DNA of 25,902 nt from positions 1 through 25,902 of the IMG/VR virus record IMGVR_UViG_3300020045_000734; one strand, given 5' to 3'. The first letter of the stretch is position 1. Every line of letters begins with the position of its first letter. Source of the stretch: a virus (lineage: Duplodnaviria > Caudoviricetes). Positions 17,213-25,894 of the stretch are shown here, piece by piece. Below the pieces are notes generated by a model. That model was not told the origin of the DNA and searched no databases. It was given only the letters and a program-made list of their open reading frames with translations. A program made the position numbers and the translations under genes.

Positions 17213-17740
17213 TTAACCTTGTTGTGTCATCAGTCGTTTCAGCCACTCCACGCCCTTGGGGTTCGTGTCGCCAATGACGGTAAACACCGCGCTGGAGCTG
17301 GTCACGCGGTTGATGCGGTTGGCTGGGTTTTCCACCGTGGCGTCATCCACCATGGTGTTGATCGTGTCAATCTTGGAGCGCGCCAGCACTTCGACGTACT
17401 TGCGCTTGGTGGTGACAGCGATGTTCACGGGTAGGCAGTTGAAGGCGTGCCACTGGCCATTGACGAACACTTCAGCGCCTTTGCCATTGACCCAGCAATC
17501 CACCACAATCGGCGCGTTCTTTTCGCGGCTCGGGTAAATGAGGATGGTCACAGGCTCTTCAGCAAACTTGAGCTGGGCGGCGTAATCGTTTTCCAGTGGC
17601 GTGTCCATCGAGACAATCACCTGCTCGCGGGGGATGGACTCGCCATCGCGCAGCAGAATGTCAGGCTTCTGGCCAATGGGGAAATCGGCGCTGGTGGTTT
17701 CGCGTTGGCGGCGGACGGGGGTGTTAACAGCTTGGTTCAA
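17213..17740 (-). CDS. Hypothetical phage structural-region protein
   Basis: 175 aa, TTG start with GGAG RBS, G/C-ending codon bias. Confidence 0.75.
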   Translation of the reverse strand: MNQAVNTPVRRQRETTSADFPIGQKPDILLRDGESIPREQVIVSMDTPLENDYAAQLKFAEEPVTILIYPSREKNAPIVVDCWVNGKGAEVFVNGQWHAFNCLPVNIAVTTKRKYVEVLARSKIDTINTMVDDATVENPANRINRVTSSSAVFTVIGDTNPKGVEWLKRLMTQQG

Positions 17741-17757
17741 TTCAGACTCCAGAAACG

Positions 17758-17780
17758 AAAAAAGCCCCTATAAAGGAGCA
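17758..17780 (-). terminator. Terminator-like hairpin after the head-protein genes
   Basis: GCTCCT-TTAT-AGGGGC followed by T6. Confidence 0.6.
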
Positions 17781-17812
17781 ATTAAAAGACCACTAAGTGG
17801 TAAAATTAACGA

Positions 17813-18151
17813 ATGAAAACTATAAACAACCTCACCCCTCAACAGGCAGCTTACTTAGCTGGGCTCATCGATGGAGAGGGTCATATACAAGTTACAACCA
17901 GCAAGCTTGTCGTTGCGATAACGCAAGCAGAAAAGGGAGTTGCGGTTTTGCATTTAGCCAAAAAGTGGATCGGCTGCGGATGCGTCGGACTGCATAGAGC
18001 AGCAATTGGAAATTGGAGTACTGTTTACAGATATAGACTCCAATCTACAAGGCATTGTCTATCGTTGTTTGAGCAACTTAGGCCCTACCTAGTGATAAAG
18101 CAAAATGCCTTTTTGGAGGCAATTTGCAAACTCCCAAAGGGACTTGGGTGA
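17813..18151 (+). CDS. Free-standing single-motif LAGLIDADG homing endonuclease
   Basis: AYLAGLIDGEGHI motif and LRPYLVIK. AT-rich, antisense to the operon. Extended -10 TGGTAAAAT at 17798-17806. Confidence 0.88.
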   Translation: MKTINNLTPQQAAYLAGLIDGEGHIQVTTSKLVVAITQAEKGVAVLHLAKKWIGCGCVGLHRAAIGNWSTVYRYRLQSTRHCLSLFEQLRPYLVIKQNAFLEAICKLPKGLG

Positions 18152-18154
18152 GGT

Positions 18155-18544
18155 TTAACCCTCGGCAGTCCAGCTAATCACATCGGATGCGGCAATGGCC
18201 AGCAAAGTCGCGTTTTGCGCAACCTTGAAGTAGCGACCGGCGACATTGGCCGTGCCATCGGCATCGCAAATCGTGATGCCCTTGTTCGTGGTTTCGATGG
18301 TGCGGGTGCCAGCGGCTGCAGTCTTGATGCAGGTGTCAGCGGCCATGCCTTCGTACCACTCGCATTTGATGCGGCTAGTGTTGTTGTCCCAGTTCACGTA
18401 ACGGGGCGTGAAGCCCACGGGCTGAATCAAGTAGTCAGCCGCCGTGATGGCAGTGGCTGGCATGGTGACGCGGCCCACCTTGACTTGGGATGAATCGGTG
18501 CTACTGGTGTTGCCGGTCTGGGTGAAAGCGGTGTTATTTGCCAT
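18155..18544 (-). CDS. Putative virion structural protein (head decoration-like)
   Basis: 129 aa, Thr/Ala-rich beta-type sequence with a VGFTPRYV motif, downstream of the capsid gene. Confidence 0.65.
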   Translation of the reverse strand: MANNTAFTQTGNTSSTDSSQVKVGRVTMPATAITAADYLIQPVGFTPRYVNWDNNTSRIKCEWYEGMAADTCIKTAAAGTRTIETTNKGITICDADGTANVAGRYFKVAQNATLLAIAASDVISWTAEG

Positions 18545-18556
18545 GATGGATGGTCC

Positions 18557-19057
18557 TTACAGAGTGATGGTTGGGTCAAACGCGCCGACTGGCGACACGT
18601 AAACAGTGGTGGCGGTGTCCAAAGGCGTTGTGCCGCCCGTGAATGCCGATGCGTAGGTGATGACCAGATAGCCAACCAACGCCTTGCCAACAGGGAACTG
18701 CGGGAAATCGACAGCACCCAGTGTGGCGCCCTCAGTTCCTGCAAGTACCGTGACAACGGAGGCTGCATCAATGAAGAAGCAGGCCACGTTGAATTTGCCA
18801 GCGCTGACGTTGATGCCGGTCAAGGCGGGCATATCGGTGCCGGCTGCGATGGCGACAGGGACGCCAGCGGCAACCCCGGCAAACGCGGCGGCGCCGGTCT
18901 TGGCAAGAACGCCGCCGCCAGCCTTGATGACAAGGCCCGCGGTAGAAGTAGCTTGGCTGGATAGGCGATCGGCTATCGCATTGAGCAAGGGGCGCAGGGC
19001 GTCCTTGTCAACACTGGAGGCCATCGCATTCAGTTGCTGTGAAACAGTGCTTTGCAT
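18557..19057 (-). CDS. Putative capsid decoration / cement protein
   Basis: 166 aa, Ala/Gly/Thr-rich, AAAGGA RBS, first structural-type gene after the capsid gene. Confidence 0.65.
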   Translation of the reverse strand: MQSTVSQQLNAMASSVDKDALRPLLNAIADRLSSQATSTAGLVIKAGGGVLAKTGAAAFAGVAAGVPVAIAAGTDMPALTGINVSAGKFNVACFFIDAASVVTVLAGTEGATLGAVDFPQFPVGKALVGYLVITYASAFTGGTTPLDTATTVYVSPVGAFDPTITL

Positions 19058-19080
19058 GTTTTATTGTCCTTTGTTAAAAA

Positions 19081-19818
19081 TTACCAAGTCTTCGGATTAC
19101 AGGGCCAGCATTCCCATGGTTTGGGTTCTCTGTTCCTGTGATGGATTTGCGCGTGTGCAAACTTTGTTACTGCCAATAGGTTCGACAGTTCATTGTTTGA
19201 CCTGTTACGGTCAATGTGGTGAACTTCAATCTCTGTGCGCAATTTCTTTATGCCATCAACCTCAATGAGGAATGGATGGTTTTGGTCATGCTCAAGAATG
19301 GCGCTCAAGACGATAAGTCGATGGTTGAATGAAAACTTCTCAGAATCATTCACTTTACTTTTGTGCCGGATATATCCGGTGCCAGTTTTGTAAAGCCCAC
19401 CAGTCCATCGCCAGTGCTTCTCTCCTCTCTGAGAAACCGAGCATTCTTCTTTAAACGCAAGGCTTTCGCTTTTGCATTTCATTGAGCAAAACCTAGCGGT
19501 TTCTTTCCGGGTCAATGTGACTCTGAAAGAAACTTTGCACACTTCGCAAACCTTGTAATACCTGACGCTGTCTGGATTGATCTTGTGTTTCAAGCCCTTC
19601 TTGCTTGAGTGATGGCAGGCTGGAGAGCAGTATCTATGTATGGCATCGGGGTTATCCGACTTCGGCCTGCTAAAGGTCGATCCACACTGCACACATGCAA
19701 ACGTAGCCCTTCCAGCTTCAGTTCTGCACTGTCGTGAGCAAAACTTGACCAGATCACTCCTGCGATTTGGGATTGAAAACACATTGCTGCACTGAACACA
19801 AATTTTCTCAACTGCCAT
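19081..19818 (-). CDS. Free-standing HNH homing endonuclease with three Zn-finger-like repeats
   Basis: CxxC...(F/Y)CSxxC three times, GEKHWRWTGG, EVHHIDRNRSNNELSNL...HAQIH. AT-rich; AAGGAG RBS. Confidence 0.9.
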   Translation of the reverse strand: MAVEKICVQCSNVFSIPNRRSDLVKFCSRQCRTEAGRATFACVQCGSTFSRPKSDNPDAIHRYCSPACHHSSKKGLKHKINPDSVRYYKVCEVCKVSFRVTLTRKETARFCSMKCKSESLAFKEECSVSQRGEKHWRWTGGLYKTGTGYIRHKSKVNDSEKFSFNHRLIVLSAILEHDQNHPFLIEVDGIKKLRTEIEVHHIDRNRSNNELSNLLAVTKFAHAQIHHRNREPKPWECWPCNPKTW

Positions 19819-19911
19819 GAATCACTCCTTTTACTGGGTGCTTCAATTCTACCGTTGTTTTGTGTTAGTACAGTCCTAAACCAGCTAGCTATTTAACTTG
19901 TAGGTTGTCGA

Positions 19912-20988
19912 TTACGCTGGTAAATTCTTCCGTCCAACATTACCTACGGCAAGCCATCCCTGATTTTCGATCATCACGGCCTTATACCAAATTGTCCCGG
20001 CATAGCCTCGTTGACCATGAGGATCAGACTTCGACTTCTGGCCTGGCGGCAAGAAAGTGGGGTCCAACGCACCCAAGCCGCGCACCGCGATTTGCGACCA
20101 AGCATCCTGACCAGCGACGATGAACGGGTAAACGTCAACCGAAGTGCCGGTGGTGGAATACAGATTCGTCGCACCGACTGCAGCGCCACCATTCTGGATA
20201 GATGGCAGGTCAGGCGATGTGATGAAGCGGAAACGCTCGCACTTACCCACTTCGTTTTCCAGCGGGGTGCCGGAAGCGTACTTTTCCACGGGGATGAAGC
20301 CGGGCAAGTCACGAATATCGGGCTCCAAGTCAGTGTGGCAATAGACCAGGTAGCCAGCGGCCACGGCGTCCGTCGCGTACATATTGCTGGCTTTCAGCAT
20401 CGAGGTCACGGGCTTGGCGTGATTGGATTGCAGGTTCTGCACGATCTTGCGGATCAAGCCCAGCGTCAAGCCGCCATTGACGGTAGCCACGGTTGTGCCG
20501 GTGCCGCCGTAGTAGGCGTTGGTGCAAGCCTTCAGCGCGCCGTAGATGATCATTTCATTCACGAACGTGACGCGCTCACCGACCTGAGTGGTCATTTCGG
20601 TGGGGATGTCATCTTCGTAGAGGTCAAACGTCTTGTCGCTGAAGCCATACAGGCAAGAGTATTGCTGCATGACCACCGTGGTGTCTTGCGGCACGATGGA
20701 ATCAGGCGAAGGCGTCACGCCCTCGGTGACCAAGTGCGCGCTGGCGATGGCCGTGGCGCGGTCAGCGCTGTTGCCGTCTTGGAAGAAGCGGTTGATCGTG
20801 TTGCGGTCAGTCGCAGTACCACCGTAAGGCAGGAAACGGCGAGCCACGTAGGTGTCGCTCTGGTTCTTTGGCATCTGAACCTGGCGGCCCGTGCGGCCAA
20901 GCACTTCCATTGGCACGGCGTGCTTCAGGATGGCGCCCTTGAATTTATTGATCCGGCCCGGTGTAAGGGCAAAAGTTTGCATCGTCAT
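19912..20988 (-). CDS. Major capsid protein, N4-gp56 family
   Basis: 358 aa, EGVTP, YCHTDLEPDIRDLPGFIPVEKY, EVGKCERFRFI, DVYP, SDPHGQRG motifs. Follows the scaffold gene. Confidence 0.92.
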   Translation of the reverse strand: MTMQTFALTPGRINKFKGAILKHAVPMEVLGRTGRQVQMPKNQSDTYVARRFLPYGGTATDRNTINRFFQDGNSADRATAIASAHLVTEGVTPSPDSIVPQDTTVVMQQYSCLYGFSDKTFDLYEDDIPTEMTTQVGERVTFVNEMIIYGALKACTNAYYGGTGTTVATVNGGLTLGLIRKIVQNLQSNHAKPVTSMLKASNMYATDAVAAGYLVYCHTDLEPDIRDLPGFIPVEKYASGTPLENEVGKCERFRFITSPDLPSIQNGGAAVGATNLYSTTGTSVDVYPFIVAGQDAWSQIAVRGLGALDPTFLPPGQKSKSDPHGQRGYAGTIWYKAVMIENQGWLAVGNVGRKNLPA

Positions 20989-21009
20989 GATGTTTTCCTT
21001 GTGTGTGAA

Positions 21010-21792
21010 TTAGCTGGAGAAACCAGCGTTAAAGTCGTCAATATCCGTTTTGGCAGGCGTGTAACCGCCGGTGCCGCGCGGTGTGGTAGCCGCCTCAAGC
21101 TGCTGTTTTCGTGTGGAGGTTTGTTGCTTGACAGGTGCTGCAGCGGGTGCCGCTTTGAATAGGCGAAGCAAGCGCGATGCATCCCGCACCGAATCCGAGG
21201 CTTCAAGCGCCTTGATGTTTTCGGGCTGGGCTGCAATCCACTGCTGGTACTTGTCGCTTCGGACTTCTTCCATCCAGTCACCATCAACGATGGCATCCAG
21301 GCTGGCATCAATCAGTTGCTTTCGAGTGCCTTCAGTGCGCGTGCTCACCAGTGCCTCGATGGCCTTCGTGTCCACTGAGCCGCCTTTGAGCTTGCCAAGG
21401 ACTTTGTTCAAGCCCTTGATTTGCAGTTCGGCCAACTCTGGGAACTCAGATTGCATCTCGGCAAAGTCTTCGGCAGTCACTTCGACGCCACCGCCAGGTG
21501 CTTGAAGCTGGTTCAAGACCCGTTCAATGCCGCCAATCTTTCCAAACGCGGTGCCAAAGCTCTTCTCTTGTGTCGCGCGCATTTCATCGAGTGATGCGGC
21601 CCGGCTCAAAAGGTCTTGGTACTGCGCTTCGGTGATCTGCGCCAACTTGGGTTGTTCGACTTCTGCCACTTCTTCGACTTCATTGGCGGGCTCTTTTGTC
21701 ACGTCCGGCGTTTCCGTGGGAGTGTCATCAAAACCTGCTGCAAAGTCAGCTTCAGCGGCGGCGTCGTCCATTACCTCTGTTTCACCTGTCAT
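21010..21792 (-). CDS. Putative scaffolding protein
   Basis: 260 aa, acidic and helical, directly upstream of the capsid gene, GGAG RBS. Confidence 0.75.
   Translation of the reverse strand: MTGETEVMDDAAAEADFAAGFDDTPTETPDVTKEPANEVEEVAEVEQPKLAQITEAQYQDLLSRAASLDEMRATQEKSFGTAFGKIGGIERVLNQLQAPGGGVEVTAEDFAEMQSEFPELAELQIKGLNKVLGKLKGGSVDTKAIEALVSTRTEGTRKQLIDASLDAIVDGDWMEEVRSDKYQQWIAAQPENIKALEASDSVRDASRLLRLFKAAPAAAPVKQQTSTRKQQLEAATTPRGTGGYTPAKTDIDDFNAGFSS
21368..21488. repeat. 121-bp exact direct repeat, copy 1 (inside scaffold gene)
   Basis: Identical base for base to 25782-25902. Confidence 0.97.
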
Positions 21793-21814
21793 GTCTCTAT
21801 CTCCACAAATGCAA

Positions 21815-21864
21815 AGCCCTCACGAGGAGGGCTGAAATCAACAACCGGCGCTTGCGCGTGGGTC
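21815..21864 (-). promoter_or_regulatory. Two hairpins in the scaffold leader
   Basis: GACC-CA-CGC-GCAA-GCG-CC-GGTT (GNRA loop, 21864-21843) and AGCCCTC/GAGGGCT (21833-21815) followed by TTGCATTT and the RBS. Confidence 0.5.
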
Positions 21865-21884
21865 ATTACGTTTGCCGTGCTGAA

Positions 21885-22100
21885 TTACTCCAGGGCGGCG
21901 GGAACTTCGTTGTCGAGCTGCAAGTTCGCTCGTATTTCAAGAATGCGACCGCGAATCTTTGCGGCCTCAATCTCGGGAATGTCTGCTTCCAGCTTGGCGC
22001 GTAGCTGCTCAAGCCGGGTTTGCCAGTCCAGCACCAGCCGGGGCCATAGCCCGCCAGCCTTGTCGAACGGCGTCAATATCAAACGGGGTGCCGGTGTCAT
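21885..22100 (-). CDS. Small protein between portal and scaffold
   Basis: 71 aa, ATGA overlap with the portal stop, RLEQLRAKLE...IRGRILEIR coiled coil. Confidence 0.75.
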   Translation of the reverse strand: MTPAPRLILTPFDKAGGLWPRLVLDWQTRLEQLRAKLEADIPEIEAAKIRGRILEIRANLQLDNEVPAALE

Positions 22101-24424
22101 CGTTGAAACGCCTGACCATCGGGGGCGCGACCGGGCGGCTCCATTGCGGGTGTTGCCACCTGCGGCGCCGAACCATCAGCCGCCAGCTTGATCTGGGCTT
22201 GCAGCTTCATCGTGGTCTGCGCCAGTTGGGCCTTCACGTCTTCCAGTGACATTTCGCGCTTGTTGGCATAGTCCAGCATGGCCAGGCGCTCACGCATCTG
22301 CAGTTCAGCCATGCGCAACTCGTGATCAATGCGGTTGCCCTCGGTCTGGGCCTGCACATAAGCGGTGTCGCGGTCGGTGTCGGCCTTGGTCTTTTCGACC
22401 GTGACCTGATCCCGGCCCACGGCGATCTTCTCGGCGCTGGCACTGCGAATCTTGGCGGCGGTAATGACGGGCGCTTCCGGCTGCGGCTGCTTGGCCATCT
22501 CGGCTTGCTCTTCTTCGGTGTACTGCAGCTTGCGCGGGTCGAGGCGCTTAGCCATCAGGTACTGCTCGGCCACCTTCTTCGGGTTCATGCCAAAGGCCGG
22601 GTCTTTGCTGGCCGGCAACAACTGAGACAAAACCATTTCTTGCACGGCTTTCTCCACCATTGCAATCGAGCCCTTGGCATTGATCTTGAAATCACCCTTC
22701 TCGTCCTCGGGCACATCCTCATCCAGCAGCAGCCACTCGTACAAGTCGCGCACCACCGGCTCGGTGATGTCGTCGTCAATCTGGTACGCCAGTGAGCGCA
22801 GCAGAGTGTGGGCGTTGTTGTTCTGCAGTTCAGCCGCGCCAAAGGTGGCAGGCGTGTTCTCAGAGTCGCGGCCTTGGGCCACCAGCGGGATGTTGCTTGC
22901 CTCTTCGGCCAGCTTGAAGGCGTACTGAATGATGGCCATCAACTGCGGCCCCATGTTTGGGAGCGCAATCGACATGAAAATCTTGCGCACATCGTCCGTC
23001 ACGGCATTGGGGGCGAGCCACCAGAGCTTGTCCGGTGTCATTTCCCATTTGCCATCAGCAGGCACCACGGCGTTCTGGTCCATGACTGTCTGCGCGCCAG
23101 CACTCTTGCCAGCATTGTTCAGCAGCGCACGAGTAGATGCATTAACCATGCGCTGAGGCATGGCAACCTGCTCACTCACGCCCACGCCAGCCCATGAACC
23201 TTCTCGGCGTGACCAGTTCAGCACGCGATATGGGAAACTCCCCGACTCCAGCGGGTTGATGGTGGCGCGGATCACCGAATCATTGACCAAGGTCACGATG
23301 GCGCTCACGTCAACCACATCATCCGGCAGGTCATCGATACCAACAGCGCCCATCAGCACCATTTCGGCGCGCTTGATGACGCCCGTGAAGTACCAAATCT
23401 GGAATTGCTTCTGGTTCTTGGTGTTGTTGTGCGGGTTGCCGCCATCCAGTTTGCACTTGCCCGGGCCTTCTTCCAGCACCTTGTCAATCTGGCTGTGAAT
23501 GTAGATCGGCGTGCCGTCTTTCAGCTTCTCCAGCTTGAGCTTCTTGAGCTTCTGCGCACTGAGCTTGTCGCATTCAAACAGAAAATCGCCGTTGTGGATG
23601 GACTCGCCGCACGCGGGGTCTGGGTAAATGTTCCAGACGCTCGTTTGCTTCATGCCGGGCGACATCGTGCGGCTGTGCTTGAGCTTGCCATTCTTGCGGG
23701 CGTAGCTGGTCTTGACTTGAGGGAAAGGTGACTTCAGCACGCCAGCACCCAAGCGAGCAGCTTCGTGAATCACTTTGCGCATCTCGGCCGGGTAGTTGGC
23801 CTCCAGCATCCAGTCGTAAATTCGTGTCTCGGCCTTGGTGGCGCAATCTTTGGCGGTGGCCAGCTGCAATCCAGCCTGGTCGGCCTTGGTCGCGGGCACC
23901 ATGCCATTGGCGCCGGGCTGCTCGCCTTCTTTGGGCGCGCGAAACACTTGCTGGCCTTGTGGGTCAAGCAATGGCGACTGATCATCCTTGGCCTCAACCA
24001 TCTCAGGAACGGGCGTCGGGTCCAGCGTAAACGCTTTGTCGTCAATCGGAAGGGTGATTTCCGAAATCTTGGCGGCGCCCATGTCCACATAGCGGCTGGT
24101 CAATCGCACAAAGGCGGTGGACTTGTTGCTATTGGGTCGGCCTGCGGTCGTGACTGAGCCTTCCATGCTGGTCGGCTTGGCCCACTTGGCAGATGCAAAC
24201 TCATGGCGGTTGGCGTCGTCAATGCCAAGATACGCCTCTTCGCAAGCCATCCACACCTCTTCGATGCCCGAGCTTTTGCGCGCTGCCACAGCCTCGTCAC
24301 GCATCCGGCCAACTGTGATGCCCAGCGCCTCAAGCAGCGAATCATCGCGCTCAATAGCCTCGGAAGATGCGCGTACCCGCCCGTCCTGCAGTTCGTCGGG
24401 CATGTCTTGATCGTGGTAGGCCAT
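22097..24424 (-). CDS. Portal protein
   Basis: 775 aa between terminase and scaffold; EAARLGAGVLKSP, YPDP, GVGVSEQV motifs and a long C-terminal coiled coil as in P22-type portals. Confidence 0.85.
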   Translation of the reverse strand: MAYHDQDMPDELQDGRVRASSEAIERDDSLLEALGITVGRMRDEAVAARKSSGIEEVWMACEEAYLGIDDANRHEFASAKWAKPTSMEGSVTTAGRPNSNKSTAFVRLTSRYVDMGAAKISEITLPIDDKAFTLDPTPVPEMVEAKDDQSPLLDPQGQQVFRAPKEGEQPGANGMVPATKADQAGLQLATAKDCATKAETRIYDWMLEANYPAEMRKVIHEAARLGAGVLKSPFPQVKTSYARKNGKLKHSRTMSPGMKQTSVWNIYPDPACGESIHNGDFLFECDKLSAQKLKKLKLEKLKDGTPIYIHSQIDKVLEEGPGKCKLDGGNPHNNTKNQKQFQIWYFTGVIKRAEMVLMGAVGIDDLPDDVVDVSAIVTLVNDSVIRATINPLESGSFPYRVLNWSRREGSWAGVGVSEQVAMPQRMVNASTRALLNNAGKSAGAQTVMDQNAVVPADGKWEMTPDKLWWLAPNAVTDDVRKIFMSIALPNMGPQLMAIIQYAFKLAEEASNIPLVAQGRDSENTPATFGAAELQNNNAHTLLRSLAYQIDDDITEPVVRDLYEWLLLDEDVPEDEKGDFKINAKGSIAMVEKAVQEMVLSQLLPASKDPAFGMNPKKVAEQYLMAKRLDPRKLQYTEEEQAEMAKQPQPEAPVITAAKIRSASAEKIAVGRDQVTVEKTKADTDRDTAYVQAQTEGNRIDHELRMAELQMRERLAMLDYANKREMSLEDVKAQLAQTTMKLQAQIKLAADGSAPQVATPAMEPPGRAPDGQAFQR

Positions 24425-24436
24425 TGTTTCAGTCGT

Positions 24437-24461
24437 AAAAAAACCGCCTTAATGGGCGGTT
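24437..24461 (-). terminator. Terminator-like hairpin immediately before the portal start
   Basis: AACCGCC-CATTAA-GGCGGTT running into a T7 tract. Confidence 0.65.
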
Positions 24462-24482
24462 GTGATTTGCATTCGTTTGGGC

Positions 24483-24836
24483 TTACTTGTAGCGGGCGGT
24501 GATGAACAGGTCGGCAGCGCCAATCGTCTTGGCTGGTCCGGTTGAGCTATTGCAAATCACCAATCCGAGAATGAACTTCTTGCCGTACACGCCAAAGTCA
24601 ATGCTGAAGTTGCTGGCGGTCGGGATAGCGATTACCTCGGTCGGCGCGACTGCATCCGTTGGCAATGCTGCGGCGTCGTGCAATTGCAGGAACTGCGCCG
24701 GGCCGGAGTTGTAGCCACTGATGCCGTAAACGACGCCTGCGCCCGCTTTGGCGACCAGGCTGGCAGCGTAAGCGCTGGTCTTTGCGTTGTCTGGAGAAAA
24801 TGAAGTGTCCGACTGAGCGGTGAGAATCATGGCCAT
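24483..24836 (-). CDS. Hypothetical small beta-rich phage protein
   Basis: 117 aa, starts 2 nt after the terminase stop with an AGGA RBS. Confidence 0.7.
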   Translation of the reverse strand: MAMILTAQSDTSFSPDNAKTSAYAASLVAKAGAGVVYGISGYNSGPAQFLQLHDAAALPTDAVAPTEVIAIPTASNFSIDFGVYGKKFILGLVICNSSTGPAKTIGAADLFITARYK

Positions 24837-24838
24837 GT

Positions 24839-25894
24839 TTATCCTAGTAAGCCCATCGAGGCGTTGTTGTTTGCGTAAGCTGGCAGTGAGCGCACTGGCT
24901 TTTGCCCCGCCTGCATGATTGCTTGGATTCCGCCAGACTCCATTGCCACATATTGCAATGCGTCGTGCGGATGCGAATATTTGTTTTTCATCGCCTCTTC
25001 GGTGTATCGCTCTTCACCAGTCACCTGAATTCGGCGGTATTTGTAACCACCATTGAAGCCCTTGCGCAAGGTCGAGCACCCCATATCAAGCAAAAAAGCA
25101 GGCTGTCCACTTGTCAATTTAGACAGGAACCAAGCCACAGCGCCGCGTCTTGGCAACCATGAATTCGACTTTGCCGCCCTGATCTTCAGTTGCTTTGCAC
25201 GAGCCTCTTGGTAGCACGACTTCTCATCTGACTGCGAGCGCTGCTCACCGGCTGGGTCGCCAATCAGAACGATCATGTCATCCTTCTTTGCCCAATGCGC
25301 CGGGTAGTTGGTAGTCAGGTATGGAATCAAGATGTCCTCAAGGAACTGCCTGAAGCCCATGTCTTCGCCGCATAGCTCATCCAGCACTAGAAGTCGGCCC
25401 CGTGCATCGTTCTGCGTGATGATGGCAGCAGGCGTCAAGCCAAAATCAACGCCAATATTGAGTTGCACACCTTGAATAGCGTAAATTTCTTTGGTGTGCA
25501 GAGAATCATTCCACTCGGGGTATACCGGCTTCCCGTCGTGGACGCTGCCATATTGCCCAAGCACATAGACCTTAATCCACTGCTCTTGCTTGCCTGGTAT
25601 CTGACGCAACCAATATTCATAGCCCAACGTGTGGTTCTGGATATTCTCAGCCAGCGGGTTAGGCGCATAACTTCCGTCTGCCTGCTTTACCAAGGCGCCT
25701 GGCTGCGCAAAGAACTCGTACCCATCAGGGCGTGTCACTTCTGCCAACTCGTAATACCAATGATCTTCATCAGGGCTATTGGTGTCCACTGAGCCGCCTT
25801 TGAGCTTGCCAAGGACTTTGTTCAAGCCCTTGATTTGCAGTTCGGCCAACTCTGGGAACTCAGATTGCATCTCGGCAAAGTCTTCGGCAGTCAC
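24839..25894 (-). CDS. Terminase large subunit, C-terminal part (terminase-like only up to ~25786; the first ~36 aa derive from the scaffold repeat)
   Basis: DTNSPDEDHW coupling-motif region, RNase H-like GVDFGLTPAA, GDPAG and HPHDALQY. Walker A/B region absent. Confidence 0.9.
   Translation of the reverse strand: MTAEDFAEMQSEFPELAELQIKGLNKVLGKLKGGSVDTNSPDEDHWYYELAEVTRPDGYEFFAQPGALVKQADGSYAPNPLAENIQNHTLGYEYWLRQIPGKQEQWIKVYVLGQYGSVHDGKPVYPEWNDSLHTKEIYAIQGVQLNIGVDFGLTPAAIITQNDARGRLLVLDELCGEDMGFRQFLEDILIPYLTTNYPAHWAKKDDMIVLIGDPAGEQRSQSDEKSCYQEARAKQLKIRAAKSNSWLPRRGAVAWFLSKLTSGQPAFLLDMGCSTLRKGFNGGYKYRRIQVTGEERYTEEAMKNKYSHPHDALQYVAMESGGIQAIMQAGQKPVRSLPAYANNNASMGLLG

Noticed and set aside
17741-19911. 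Group I introns housing the LAGLIDADG or HNH genes
   Set aside because: Flanking genes have their own starts and stops and look complete. The non-coding margins are under 100 bp, and the LAGLIDADG gene is antisense.
2003-25792. Many long + strand ORFs (e.g. 3010-3747, 4838-5542, 16342-17145, 20011-21162)
   Set aside because: They are antisense shadows of GC-rich minus-strand genes, with no motifs or convincing starts.
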